A DNA stretch of 41,912 nt from the IMG/VR virus record IMGVR_UViG_3300044274_000290, positions 1-41,912 of that record. One strand, written 5' to 3'. The notes beneath the pieces were generated by a model. The model did no database searches and was not told where the DNA came from. It was given only the letters and a program-made list of their open reading frames with translations. The DNA is from a virus (taxonomy: Duplodnaviria; Caudoviricetes). A program made the position numbers and the translations under genes. Positions 33,719-41,912 of this stretch are shown here, in pieces (positions within the stretch are counted from its first letter, which is position 1; the number at the start of each line of letters is the position of its first letter).

Positions 33719-36399
33719 TGGCCATCTTCAGCGCCATAGGAACCGCTATCGCCGGCGTCCTGTTCGCCGGCTCAAGCCTGGCTGCGACGATCATCGCCGG
33801 GGTGCTGGCGTTCGGCACGCAGCTGCTTGTCGGCTATTTCACGCGGCGCGAGACGCAGAAGCGCGCCTATACGGCGGTCCAGGGCGAGATACGTTTCGGC
33901 GGCGACGTCCCGGTCGACACGATCTATGGCATCGGCGCGGTGGCCGGCCACAGGCTCGGTTATTTCAAGTGGGGCGAGGGCAACAAGTACAATGCCGAGG
34001 TGTTCGCGCTAGCCAATGGCTGGTGCGACGGCCTGGAGCCGGAGATCTATTTCTACGGCGAGAAGCACGCGCTGGTGTCGCGCGCCATCATCGGCAACGA
34101 AGCGGCGCATTATGGCGTCGACGGTTTCGACGACCTGATCTCGATCCGCTTCTATGACGGCCGACCGGGCCAGGGACCGGACACGAAGCTGGTCAGCGAC
34201 ACCGCATCGCTCGGCCGCACCTGGAAATCGACCAGCGTCGCCAACGGCCTGACCTATGTGGTGGTCGAGCGGGAGTGGAGCGCGGAGAAGTTCGACAAAG
34301 GCCGGCCGGACTTCCTGTTCGTGCTGCGCGGCCTGCGCGAATACGACCCGCGCAAGGATTCGACCGTCGCCGGCGGCGCCGGCAGCCACCGTGTCGACGA
34401 TCCCGCCACCTGGGAGCACACGCTGAACCCGGCGCTGCACCGCTTCAACTATCAGCTGGGGCTCAAGGGGCTCGTCTCCGGCCGCACCCTGATCGGCGAA
34501 GGCAAGACGATCGGCCAGCTCGATCTGGGCTCCTATTTCGCGTCGATGAACGCCTGCGACGCGCTGCGCTCGGACGGCAAGAAGATCTACCAATGCTCGC
34601 TCCATGTCGGCGCCGACGACGATCACACCGAGGTGCTGAAGGAGTTCGACGACGCCATGTGCGGCTACGGGCTCAACCGGCGCGGCCTTTCCGGCGTCAT
34701 CGCCGGCGCGCCGCAGATACCTGTCGCCGCGATCACCGAGGATGACATTCCGCTCGGTAGGCCCCGCCGGGTGAAGCACCGCAAGCGGGCATTCCAGCTC
34801 TACAATGTGATGTCGGGGCAATTCACCTCGCCGGAAAGCCATTGGCGGGCCGAAAGCCTCAAGACGGTGCGCGTCAACGCCGACGTGGCGGCGGACGGCC
34901 GCGTGCGCCAGCTCGGCTACGACTATCGCCAGGTGACCGATCCCGACATCGCGCGATACTGCCTCAACGTCCGCTACCGCCAGAACCGCAAGGGCGGCTC
35001 GGCCGAGCTGCCCGTGTCGCGGCGTCTCGGCTTCCAGATCGAGGAAGGCAACTGGGTCACCTATCTCGGCAAGACCTGGCTGGTGACGGGATGGAATCTC
35101 GACAACCGCATGCGGGTGCGCCTCGCCCTTGCCGAGACGGCCGACGACGTCTTCGACGAGGCGGGGATCGATCCGGGCCCGATCGTCATTCCGCCCGCCG
35201 TGCCGGTCAATCCGTCTTTGCTGACCACGGTGCAGAACTTCGGCGCCGAGGCCGGGTTCATCGCCGGCGGCAACGGCGCCGACGAGCCGGCACTGCGATT
35301 CACCTGGGACCCGCCCAACGACCCGACGATCGTGGCCGTGCGCTTCTTCTACCAGATCGATGGGCTGCCGACCGTCTACCGCGACCAGTCCATCGATCCC
35401 GAGAGCGGCGAGCACTACACAACGCTGAACGTGGTCGGCGGCCGCGTCTATATCGCCCGCGCCACGATCACCACCGTGCCGGACCGGCTGAAGACCTTCA
35501 CGCCCTACGTCACCACGGCGAACGCGACCGACCATCTGAAAGTCATCCTCGAACAGCTTCAGCAGGCATTGCGGGAAGAGCTGTAGCGACGGGAGATCAA
35601 GACCGACGCGCTGATCGCCGCGCTCAAGCGCCAGATCGTCAACATCGCGGCCTTCGATGCCGAGGACGTGGTGGCGCGCGACCAGCTGGAGAAGGCGAAC
35701 GAGCGGGCGCATGCGCGGGTGACGCAGGAGACGGCGCTCCGCGTGGCGGCCGACGAGGCGTTCGCGCAGCAGCTGACAACCGTGGAGACCTCGCTCGACG
35801 CCGCCGAGCAGGACATTTCCGCCAACGCCCAGGCGATCTCGTCGCTGCAAACCTCGGTATCGATTCAGGGCAACCAGATCACCGCAAATTCGCAGGCGAT
35901 CACGGCCGCGCAAGCCGATATCGCCGATCTCGAAAATGACGTTTCCGGCAATGCCAGCGCGATCTCCTCGCTGTCGGCGACGGTCACCGCTCAGGGCGGC
36001 CAGATATCGGCCAACGCCGACGCCATCTCGGTCGTGGAGGCGACGACGAATTACGGCACCGCCCAGGGCCTCATGGGCTGGTCGGCGGTCTCCGCTCCCG
36101 GCGGCGTCGCCGCACGGTTCCAGCTGGCCGGCCGCGTGACGACAGGTGGCGGAAATGTGTTCGCCGGCATGTGGCTGGATCTGCTCTCGGGCGGCGGCTC
36201 GCGCCTCTTGATGAAGGTCGACGAGTTCCTCCTCACGAACGGCGCGGTCAACGGCACGCCGTTCCGCTATGTCAACAGCATCCTGCAACTCGCGGTTGCG
36301 CATATCGGCACCGTCGAGGCCGGGATCGTCCGCTCTGCGGACGGCAAGGTCAATTTCGACCTGTCCAATTCCCGGCTCGTCATGGCGGACAACAGCTGA
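33718..36399 (+). pseudogene. Central tail-tip/host-specificity protein interrupted by in-frame TAG at 35584-35586
   Basis: 622-aa ORF (YDPRKDST, NPAL motifs); frame stays open past the TAG into a coiled coil and DUF1983-like end, 893 codons in total. Confidence 0.75.
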
Positions 36400-36803
36400 T
36401 GGCCAACCGGGTGCTGATAGGGCTCTACCAGGCCAATGACTGGCGGCTGAGGATCTCCGCGCCCGGCTTCAACGTGCTCGGGTCGCTGTCGAAGAACCAG
36501 CTGTATTTCGATTCCGCCTGGCCGAAGGCGCTCAACGTCTTCCTCAAGGGCTCGTTCAGCTTCCCGCGGCAGAACGGCGGCACGACCTACAGCGCCGTCT
36601 CGTGGCCCGATCTGGGCTATGTGCCGCCTGCGCTCACCTATGCGCTCGGTTTCAACGGCGCCGCCTCGCATCCCATGCACGTGGTCGCCCCGATCATCAA
36701 GTCGAACGGCATCGACCTCTTCTTCGAGCAGACCTACCAGCAGAACGAGGGGCTGTTCACCGTCTACTATATCGTCCTGCGCGGCGCGGAGGGGCAGTCA
36801 TGA
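36399..36803 (+). CDS. Tail-tip accessory protein, paralog 1
   Basis: MANRVLIG...LRISAPGFNVL...LYFDS. Confidence 0.75.
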   Translation: MANRVLIGLYQANDWRLRISAPGFNVLGSLSKNQLYFDSAWPKALNVFLKGSFSFPRQNGGTTYSAVSWPDLGYVPPALTYALGFNGAASHPMHVVAPIIKSNGIDLFFEQTYQQNEGLFTVYYIVLRGAEGQS

Positions 36804-37225
36804 GCAACCGCCTGCTGCTCGGCCTTCACAACGGCAGCTACCGGTTCCGGGTCTCCAAGCCGGGCCACGACGTGTTGAGCGCCGACTGGCCCAACCTGCT
36901 GTTTTCGGAGGAACAGGGCGTTGTGCGCCTTCTCCAGAGCGGCACGGTCCAGCTGCAGTGGGAAGACGACGTGATCGGCGCCACCGGCGTGGTGAACTTC
37001 GTGCAGACGCTGTTCCAGCCCTATCTCCACTGGAGCTATTCGCAGGACGGCGGCGCGACCTATGCCTATCCCGGCAACGTGTTCGCCGACAACAACCCGA
37101 ACCCCACCAACACCGCCTTCGTGCATGTGCGCGAATTCACCAACAGCTACGTGAAGTTCCAGCGCCCGCCGTCGTCGCCGGCCGGCGACCTGGTCCGCTA
37201 CGTCGTGTTCGCGGAGGCGTTCTGA
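36800..37225 (+). CDS. Tail-tip accessory protein, paralog 2
   Basis: MSNRLLLG...FRVSKPGHDVL...LLFSE. Confidence 0.75.
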   Translation: MSNRLLLGLHNGSYRFRVSKPGHDVLSADWPNLLFSEEQGVVRLLQSGTVQLQWEDDVIGATGVVNFVQTLFQPYLHWSYSQDGGATYAYPGNVFADNNPNPTNTAFVHVREFTNSYVKFQRPPSSPAGDLVRYVVFAEAF

Positions 37226-37617
37226 TGGCCAATCGCGTGCTCCTCGAAACCGGCGCCCTGCGCATATCCAAGCCGGGCATCGACGTCCTGTCGACCACCG
37301 ACGACAGGGATCTCGTTTTCGATGCCGCCCGCAGGGCCGGCTACGCGGTGATGGCCGGTTCCTTCCAGATCAGCGGGCAAGGAACCCACACCGTCAATTT
37401 CGGCCAGACGCTGCCGGCGCCGCCCTTCGTCACCTTCATCTACACGAGAAACGGCCAGTGGAGGATGCCGAATGCCCGCTACTACGTGGAGAACGGGCAT
37501 TGGCTCGGGCTCTTCTATGGGGCGGGAGTGATCGCCGGGGCCGCCTCGGCCCTGTTCTGGAAGGCCTTCGGCGGCACCGACACCTTCCGATACACGATCT
37601 GGTCTCTGGACATGTAA
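37225..37617 (+). CDS. Tail-tip accessory protein, paralog 3
   Basis: MANRVLLE...LRISKPGIDVL...LVFDA. Confidence 0.75.
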   Translation: MANRVLLETGALRISKPGIDVLSTTDDRDLVFDAARRAGYAVMAGSFQISGQGTHTVNFGQTLPAPPFVTFIYTRNGQWRMPNARYYVENGHWLGLFYGAGVIAGAASALFWKAFGGTDTFRYTIWSLDM

Positions 37618-37620
37618 GCC

Positions 37621-38016
37621 ATGCGATACCTTGTTCACCACGACGCCGAAGGGCGCATCACAGCCACCGTCAACGACCCGGTTCCGCCCGAATATCTGGA
37701 AATGTGCGACGAGCGCGGCCTCGCCTACGTGCTGTGCGAGGGCGACGTCGCACCGGTCACCATCTACGACGACACGATGGTCAGGAACGGCAAGCTGGCC
37801 AGGCGGCCGAGCTGCCCGGCCAGGATCCAGATCGAGGGCCGCCGCGTCACCATGTCAAAGGTGCCGCGCGGTTCCCGATGCCTGGTCGAGATCGAGGGGA
37901 CCGAGATGCCCTTGGAGGAAAAAAGCGTCGAAGTGGACGAGCCGGGCCCGTTGCGCATCGTCATCCGCCCGCCCTGGCCCTACCGGGAGATCAGTCATGA
38001 CCTTGAAATTGAGTAG
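37621..38016 (+). CDS. Hypothetical tail-module protein
   Basis: EPGPLRIVIRPPWPY C-terminus; phage-like codon bias. Confidence 0.7.
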   Translation: MRYLVHHDAEGRITATVNDPVPPEYLEMCDERGLAYVLCEGDVAPVTIYDDTMVRNGKLARRPSCPARIQIEGRRVTMSKVPRGSRCLVEIEGTEMPLEEKSVEVDEPGPLRIVIRPPWPYREISHDLEIE

Positions 38017-38311
38017 GCTGGCGATCCGCCGCGATCGCGCGCTCGACCAGGCGGACCGGCATTTCGCGGCGCTCCTGACCGACGTGATCGGTCCCTTCGC
38101 CGAGGTTCACCGAATGAAGCGCGAGCAGGCCGAGGCCGGCGGCGGCAGCCTCATCGCCGACGAGGCGGAGCGCCAGGCCGTGCTGGAAAAGGCGGCGGAC
38201 CAGGCGGCGCGACTGACGGAGATCGAAACCCGCCGCATGGCCGCCAAGCGCGCCATTCGCGCGGCCGGCTCCAAAGAGGAAATCGCGGCAATAGTCGAGG
38301 GGCTTGAATGA
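37997..38311 (+). CDS. Hypothetical helical protein, possibly a fibre chaperone
   Basis: GGGAG RBS; IETRRMAAKRAIRAA. Confidence 0.65.
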   Translation: MTLKLSRLAIRRDRALDQADRHFAALLTDVIGPFAEVHRMKREQAEAGGGSLIADEAERQAVLEKAADQAARLTEIETRRMAAKRAIRAAGSKEEIAAIVEGLE

Positions 38312-39162
38312 GCGTCTACGGTCCACCCTACTCAACCGGCACCGTCACGGTCGACACCGGCTCGAAGCTCCTTTCCGGCGCCGGCACGGCCTGGGACCTG
38401 GCCCTGATCGCCGGCGGGCTGATCGAGATCGACGGCGCCGGCATCGGCGGCGTCAGCATCGCGAGCGTGGAATCGGAAACCGCGGCGACGCTCGCATTCA
38501 ACTGGCCTGGACCTCCGCTGGTCAACGTCAACTACCGGATCTGGCCCGTCGTGGCCCAGGCCGCCGACGCGATCGAGGCCAACGCCCACCTGGTGGACAT
38601 CGCGCGCAAGCTGCGCGCCGGCATGCTGGCAATCCGGCCGAACGCCAACGGCACGCTCGCCCAGCGCGCCGCCTATGACGACGAGCCGCCGCCCTTCTTC
38701 TTCCTGCGCGACGGCGATGCCAGCCCGCCGGTCATGTATTCGAAGCTGTCGGCGGCGTCGGGCGACTGGTCGGCCGGCTGGACGGTGAAAGGCGACAAGG
38801 GCGATGAAGGCAATCCGGGCACCGGCGACGCCTACGACATCATCGTCGACGATCCCGGCAAGCCGGGCTCCGGCGAGGAGCTGCTCGTCCACAAATTCGC
38901 CAATGCGGTGTCCTTCGGCGCCGACATGGCGGGCTCGCAGGTCTATGTTCCGCCTGCCGCCCTGCCGACGGACCCAGCGATCTATTCCTTCACCAAGAAC
39001 GGCATCGAGTTCGCGACGCTGACCATCGCCATCGATGGCACGCCGACCTTCACCGGCACGACCGTGTTCCAGGCCGGCGACGTGCTGCGCGTGATTGCCC
39101 CCGACCCGCGAGACGAAACCCTATCCGGCGTCAGCATGACGCTCGCCGGCAACCGAGCCTAG
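38308..39162 (+). CDS. Tail fibre-associated structural protein
   Basis: YSTGTVTV...GAGTAW N-terminus; short collagen-like KGDKGDEGNPG. Confidence 0.75.
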   Translation: MSVYGPPYSTGTVTVDTGSKLLSGAGTAWDLALIAGGLIEIDGAGIGGVSIASVESETAATLAFNWPGPPLVNVNYRIWPVVAQAADAIEANAHLVDIARKLRAGMLAIRPNANGTLAQRAAYDDEPPPFFFLRDGDASPPVMYSKLSAASGDWSAGWTVKGDKGDEGNPGTGDAYDIIVDDPGKPGSGEELLVHKFANAVSFGADMAGSQVYVPPAALPTDPAIYSFTKNGIEFATLTIAIDGTPTFTGTTVFQAGDVLRVIAPDPRDETLSGVSMTLAGNRA

Positions 39163-39173
39163 GAGAACCCGAA

Positions 39174-39863
39174 ATGCCCGTAACCGTTGGCGTCTTCAAT
39201 CACACGCCCAAGCTCTTCCTCAACCAGGAGGTCAATCTTTCCGCGATCAAGGCGCTGCTGCTCGACAACAATGCCAGCTTCGACGCCACCGACACGACGA
39301 TCGACCAGGTGACCAACGGCACGTCCGGCAACGCGCCCGTGACGATCAGCATCGCCTCGCCCGGGGTCGTGACCTGGAACGGCCACGGACTTTCCGATGG
39401 CGACATGGTGCTGCTGACCACGACCGGCGCGCTACCGACCGGTCTCACCGCCGGCGGCGTCTACTTCGTGGTGAATTCCGACACCAACACCTTCCAGCTG
39501 GAGGCCACGGTGGGCGGCGGTGCGATCAATACGTCCGGTGGTCAGTCGGGTGTTCACACCGCCTTTCATATCGGCGACTACGAGGTCTCCGGCAATGGCT
39601 GGACGCCGGGCGGCGAGACGCTCGACAATGTGGCCGCCACCACCGTCACCACCAACGACGCCAATCTCGGCTCCGATGACGAGGAGGTGATCGCGACGGG
39701 CGGCGATATCGGGCCGGCCTATGCCAACGCCTTCTACGACGCGCTGACCGGCAAGGTGCTGAAATATGTCGATTACGGCCAGGCATGGACGGCCGGCGAG
39801 ACGACGCCGTTCAAGCTGCGCATCCTGTCGGGGCTGTTCAACCTCGATTACACGCCCGCCTGA
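39174..39863 (+). CDS. Virion structural protein with an inserted beta domain
   Basis: FDATDTT...EVSGNGWTPGG core split by ISIASPGVVT..HGL...LPTGLTAG..YFV. Confidence 0.7.
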   Translation: MPVTVGVFNHTPKLFLNQEVNLSAIKALLLDNNASFDATDTTIDQVTNGTSGNAPVTISIASPGVVTWNGHGLSDGDMVLLTTTGALPTGLTAGGVYFVVNSDTNTFQLEATVGGGAINTSGGQSGVHTAFHIGDYEVSGNGWTPGGETLDNVAATTVTTNDANLGSDDEEVIATGGDIGPAYANAFYDALTGKVLKYVDYGQAWTAGETTPFKLRILSGLFNLDYTPA

Positions 39864-40567
39864 TGCCGGCCTATGTCGCCATAGCCGAGGCGGCCATCGC
39901 CGACTTCCCGCGCTCGATCGGGGTGGAGATCTTCATCCCGGTCACGGCGCTGGTGCTGTCGGCGCCCGCAGAAGCGCCGGCCGCCGGCGCTGCCATTGCC
40001 GTACCGGTAACGGAAATCGTCCTCGATGCGCCGGCGCAGGGGGTTCAGGCTGGCGTGTCGATCAGCGTGCCGGTGTCGGCTTTCGTCTTCGGGGCCGCGC
40101 CGCAGGCTGCCGCAGGCGGCGCGGCGGTCGATATCCGCGCGCTTTACCCGTATGCGGTCGGCGCCGCGATCGCGGAAACGGCGATCGCGGGAATCGAGCC
40201 GACGGGTCACTTCAAGCGTGCGCCGAACCTGGTGTTGTCGGCCGCCATCAACGACGTGAAGGCCGGGGCCATGATTCCCGTTCCGGTCACCGTCTTCGAC
40301 TTCACGGCGCTGGCCAATGCGCCGGCCGGGGGAACGCTGATCGACATTCCGCCCACGCAGCTTGTCATCTCCGCCGCGCTGAATGACGCCAAGGCTGGCG
40401 CCTCGATCGCGCCGCCGCCTGCCCAACTGACCCTTGAAGTGCCGGTCAACGACGTAAAGGCCGGCGTGCTGATCCGCGTACCGGTGACGGAAGTGACCTT
40501 CGGCGCTCCGCCCCAGGAGCTCGTGGCGCGCCGCCGCGCGGTCAAGAAACTCGCCATAGCAAGCTAG
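39863..40567 (+). CDS. Repetitive Ala/Val/Pro-rich structural protein, 234 aa
   Basis: Repeated AG(A/V)xIxVPVT units about 22 aa long. Confidence 0.7.
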   Translation: MPAYVAIAEAAIADFPRSIGVEIFIPVTALVLSAPAEAPAAGAAIAVPVTEIVLDAPAQGVQAGVSISVPVSAFVFGAAPQAAAGGAAVDIRALYPYAVGAAIAETAIAGIEPTGHFKRAPNLVLSAAINDVKAGAMIPVPVTVFDFTALANAPAGGTLIDIPPTQLVISAALNDAKAGASIAPPPAQLTLEVPVNDVKAGVLIRVPVTEVTFGAPPQELVARRRAVKKLAIAS

Positions 40568-40577
40568 GATTGATCCC

Positions 40578-41912
40578 ATGAAATATTTCGACAACGTCGG
40601 ACAGACAACCGCAACAACGGGCCAGGGCGACGTGACCCTAGGTGCCGTGCTCGGCACCAATTTCTTCACCTTCGCCGAGCAGGGCGCGCAGGATGGCGAC
40701 CCGGTTTACATCCGAATCGATGAAGCGGGCGACGTCGAGATCGCGCGGGCGACGCTCAATATCACGGCGGGAACCCTCAGCCGCGATGCCGTCCTGAGGT
40801 CCCGAATCGGCGGCGTTGCCGGCACGGCCAAGATGAATCTCGGCGGCGCGGCCCAGGTGCGGTGTATCGCGCCGAGCGAAGCGCTGTCCCTGCTTGCCGC
40901 CGGCCGAAACCGTGTAGTCAATCCCTGCATGCAGCACAGCCAGGAGAACGGGAACAGTGCGGGGACACAAGACGGTTACCACGCCGCCGACCAGTGGGAG
41001 GCTGTTCATTCCCATGATGGCGCAGTGTCGTTTGAACGTGTTGCTTCGGTAACACCAGCGGGTGCCCACTACAGATTGCGCCTCTCGGTCACTTCGGCGG
41101 ATACGTCCATCGCGGCGGATCAGTATCAGCTCATCAGGCAAAAACTTGAAGCGTCGCGAATGAGGGATTTCCTCTTTGGGAGTGCAGATGCTCGTCCCGG
41201 CGTCATTCGCTTGGGATTGAAAGCTCCAGCTGGTACCTACGGTATCGCCATTGTCAACGCTGCGGTTAGTCGGTCCTTCGTCGCCGAAGTGACAATTGAA
41301 GCGGGTGAAGCCAACACCGATGTTGTGAAAACCGTCGCTTTCGCTGGCGACATAACCGGAACATGGGAAACTGGTGATGTGCTTGGGTGGATTTTGTCTA
41401 TTTGCATTGCCGCAGGCAATACGTATCTTGGTTCTGCGGGCTGGCAGTCTGGGTACTATCTTGCAGGTGTCGGCCAGACTAACGGCCTCGCATCCAACAG
41501 TAACGTCTTTGAAATCTTCGATGTGGGCCTGCGGCTCGATCCTGATGGAGCTGGTGCCTACGGGCAGTTTGAAGTTTCCGATGACTACCCAGAACTGCTC
41601 CTATGCCAGCGGTATTGGCGCCGCGCGGGCAAGGGCGCGATTGGGGCGGCCACATCGTCATCGGCAGCTTCCTTTGGCGGGCCGATCGGCCATCCGAGGA
41701 TGCGCACGACGCCCACAGCCTCCTTCATAGCGGGCCAGGGCTCCGATCTCGCGATCAACACGGGTGGTACCGCATTTACTTTCACCGGGTCCGATTCCGT
41801 CGGCGCTAATGACGGGCGCTTCTTTGCGCGTCGCTCCGGCACCAGCGGCCTGACGGCGGGCCAATGGCTGCTTGGCAACACCGATTTCGTAGCCCTGAAT
41901 GCGAGGATGTAA
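40578..41912 (+). CDS. Tail fibre / receptor-binding protein, 444 aa
   Basis: TATTGQGDVTLG N-terminus, RNRVVNP, LLLCQRY, MRTTPT; AT-richer middle section. Confidence 0.8.
   Translation: MKYFDNVGQTTATTGQGDVTLGAVLGTNFFTFAEQGAQDGDPVYIRIDEAGDVEIARATLNITAGTLSRDAVLRSRIGGVAGTAKMNLGGAAQVRCIAPSEALSLLAAGRNRVVNPCMQHSQENGNSAGTQDGYHAADQWEAVHSHDGAVSFERVASVTPAGAHYRLRLSVTSADTSIAADQYQLIRQKLEASRMRDFLFGSADARPGVIRLGLKAPAGTYGIAIVNAAVSRSFVAEVTIEAGEANTDVVKTVAFAGDITGTWETGDVLGWILSICIAAGNTYLGSAGWQSGYYLAGVGQTNGLASNSNVFEIFDVGLRLDPDGAGAYGQFEVSDDYPELLLCQRYWRRAGKGAIGAATSSSAASFGGPIGHPRMRTTPTASFIAGQGSDLAINTGGTAFTFTGSDSVGANDGRFFARRSGTSGLTAGQWLLGNTDFVALNARM

Larger units (their letters stand above)
1..41912 (+). mobile_element. 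Mu-like transposable prophage with siphovirus-type tail; ends not in window
   Basis: MuA + MuB, DUF3164, GemA, Mor/C-like, gp27/28/29/F, protease I, gpT capsid, gp36 and gpG in Mu-like order; tail tube present, no sheath. Confidence 0.97.

Noticed and set aside
34009-36303. Long minus-strand ORFs (also 15523..17097, 31993..33306, 27342..28484 and others)
   Set aside because: Antisense shadows of GC-rich genes, with no motifs or RBS
1-41912. Genome-wide TAG recoding
   Set aside because: TAG ends several genes normally (11300, 39162, 40567 and two antisense genes); only one internal TAG was seen
1-41912. CRISPR array, diversity-generating retroelement, invertase cassette, Gam, Mom, tail sheath
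   Set aside because: No repeat-spacer array, reverse transcriptase, recombinase or matching motifs were recognised by eye
1-41912. Mu ends (TG...CA with MuA sites) and target duplication
   Set aside because: The window starts and ends on stop codons, so the termini are outside it

Overview
The window is almost the whole genome of a Mu-like transposable prophage with a siphovirus-type tail (tail tube present, no sheath gene). The GC-rich sequence and gene content suggest an alphaproteobacterial host. It runs from the repressor stop codon to the stop of the last tail-fibre gene, and the Mu ends lie outside the window. Gene order: CI/Cro-type switch with four 14-bp operators; early genes (DnaA-domain-IV-like HTH, ParB-like, MuA, MuB, DUF3164, GemA, ASCH, Mor/C-like activator); lysis; terminases, portal and gpF; a DNA adenine methylase; protease/scaffold, decoration protein and capsid; neck and tail. 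Most notable: (1) an Acb2-like cyclic-nucleotide sponge with an altered binding residue, fused to an unknown domain, in a 3-gene cassette inside the head-tail operon; (2) four antisense accessory genes, three crossed by sense-strand ORFs whose ends overlap the flanking genes; (3) two G8 tracts that switch reading frames, plus an in-frame amber codon in the tail-tip gene; (4) a duplicated late-promoter motif and a central non-coding region where Mu has its strong gyrase site. All family assignments come from motif recognition and synteny, not database searches.
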